24,000 nt of DNA from Candidatus Caldarchaeum sp. GTDB lineage: Archaea; Thermoproteota; Nitrososphaeria_A; Caldarchaeales; Caldarchaeaceae. A model generated the notes under the pieces. That model saw only the letters and a list, made by a program, of their open reading frames with translations. It was not told where the DNA came from and searched no databases. How positions within the stretch are numbered: position 1 is the first letter of the stretch; every line of letters starts with the position of its first letter. Shown here piece after piece: positions 23,572 to 24,000 of the stretch. The position numbers and the translations under genes are program-made. The stretch is from contig JAWACZ010000006.1 in the NCBI GenBank assembly GCA_038896555.1, positions 34,538 through 58,537 of the forward strand, read 5' to 3'.

Positions 23572-24000
23572 ATGGCGATGAGGGTGGAACTACTCACGGC
23601 GCTTGCCTTAACGTTGTTCTTGCTGTCAAGCCCTTTGACGGCTTTTGCTCAAGAGCCTAGTGATATTCCGTTAGGAAAGAGGATAACCGCGGAGCTGCGC
23701 AGCCTCATCGAAAGTCATAAAGACATGGTCAAGGAAGCCGTCGCAGAAATCAAAGCTCTTAAACAAGAGCTGCAGGAGCAAAAGTTCTCCATCGTACGTC
23801 AATACCTTGATGAAGTTAAAAGAATAAGAGATGAGATAAAGTCGCAGATAGACAGCTTGGTCAATCAGTTTCGAGCCGGCAACATATCGAGGGATGACTT
23901 CCTTTCACAAATGTACCTGTTGAAGGATAGAATGAAGGCCTTGGCGAAAAGCTCAGAAAAACTTGGTGAGCTGTTGAGCAGGTTTTCTAAAGAGGCGTCT
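23572..24000 (+). CDS. Secreted coiled-coil protein, N-terminal fragment (3' end outside window)
   Basis: This ORF is not in the track because it runs off the window. The frame is open from ATG 23572 to nt 24000 (143 codons). It has a signal peptide MAMRVELLTALALTLFLLSSPLTAFA|QEP followed by heptad-rich, Lys/Glu/Gln-rich sequence. A TATA-like GCATATATAGG (23546-23556) lies about 20 nt upstream. Confidence 0.65.
   Translation, partial: MAMRVELLTALALTLFLLSSPLTAFAQEPSDIPLGKRITAELRSLIESHKDMVKEAVAEIKALKQELQEQKFSIVRQYLDEVKRIRDEIKSQIDSLVNQFRAGNISRDDFLSQMYLLKDRMKALAKSSEKLGELLSRFSKEAS

Noticed and set aside
1-24000. Scan for CRISPR arrays, IS elements or terminal inverted repeats, integrases, toxin-antitoxin pairs and defence-system genes
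   Set aside because: By eye I saw no spaced direct repeats, transposase- or integrase-like ORFs, or small paired ORFs. Composition and coding density look uniform across the window, so there is no sign of a horizontally acquired island. A k-mer repeat search and a GC-skew computation would be needed to be certain.

Overview
This is a very compact archaeal chromosomal window. Only about 830 nt (roughly 3.5%) lies outside my gene calls. I found no rRNA, tRNA, CRISPR array or mobile element. The archaeal assignment rests on TFB, aSUI1, an Sm-like protein, archaeal-type S-adenosylmethionine synthetase, Elp3, NucS/EndoMS, Ard1, and AT-rich TATA-like boxes about 25-30 nt upstream of start codons, which suggests mostly leaderless or short-leader mRNAs. 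The gene set (NirK-like copper protein, Mer-like F420-type oxidoreductase, EtfAB) fits a TACK-type archaeon such as a thaum- or aigarchaeote, but I cannot assign a taxon without a search. Positions 1-16.2 kb are mainly housekeeping genes: a partial phosphoesterase, ard1, a sugar nucleotidyltransferase, cysS, tfb, sui1, a hexapeptide acyltransferase, a tightly coupled alpha/beta-hydrolase / 70-aa ORF / Mer-like gene trio, elp3, a GT39-like glycosyltransferase, nucS, SAM synthetase, Sm, a membrane double-zinc-ribbon protein and ileS. Positions 16.2-23.5 kb are the accessory-looking part and hold the two best candidates for something undescribed. (1) A copper/molybdenum island: a signal-less minimal MsrP/YedY-like Mo domain, a SCO1 copper chaperone that overlaps a membrane-tethered three-domain NirK-like protein, and a divergent HTH_10 regulator. 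The NirK-like protein carries a fused amicyanin-type cupredoxin and an apparent Asp-to-Ser change at the catalytic acid. A 13-bp palindrome lies in the shared promoter with the regulator. (2) A same-strand five-gene array, etfB-etfA-MobA-like nucleotidyltransferase-PurM/HypE/SelD-like enzyme-nitroreductase. The PurM-like enzyme lacks the nucleophilic Cys of both HypE and SelD, and the array has no fixCX or ETF-QO partner. All functional calls come from by-eye motif recognition and hand alignment to remembered reference sequences, so each needs confirmation by profile search.
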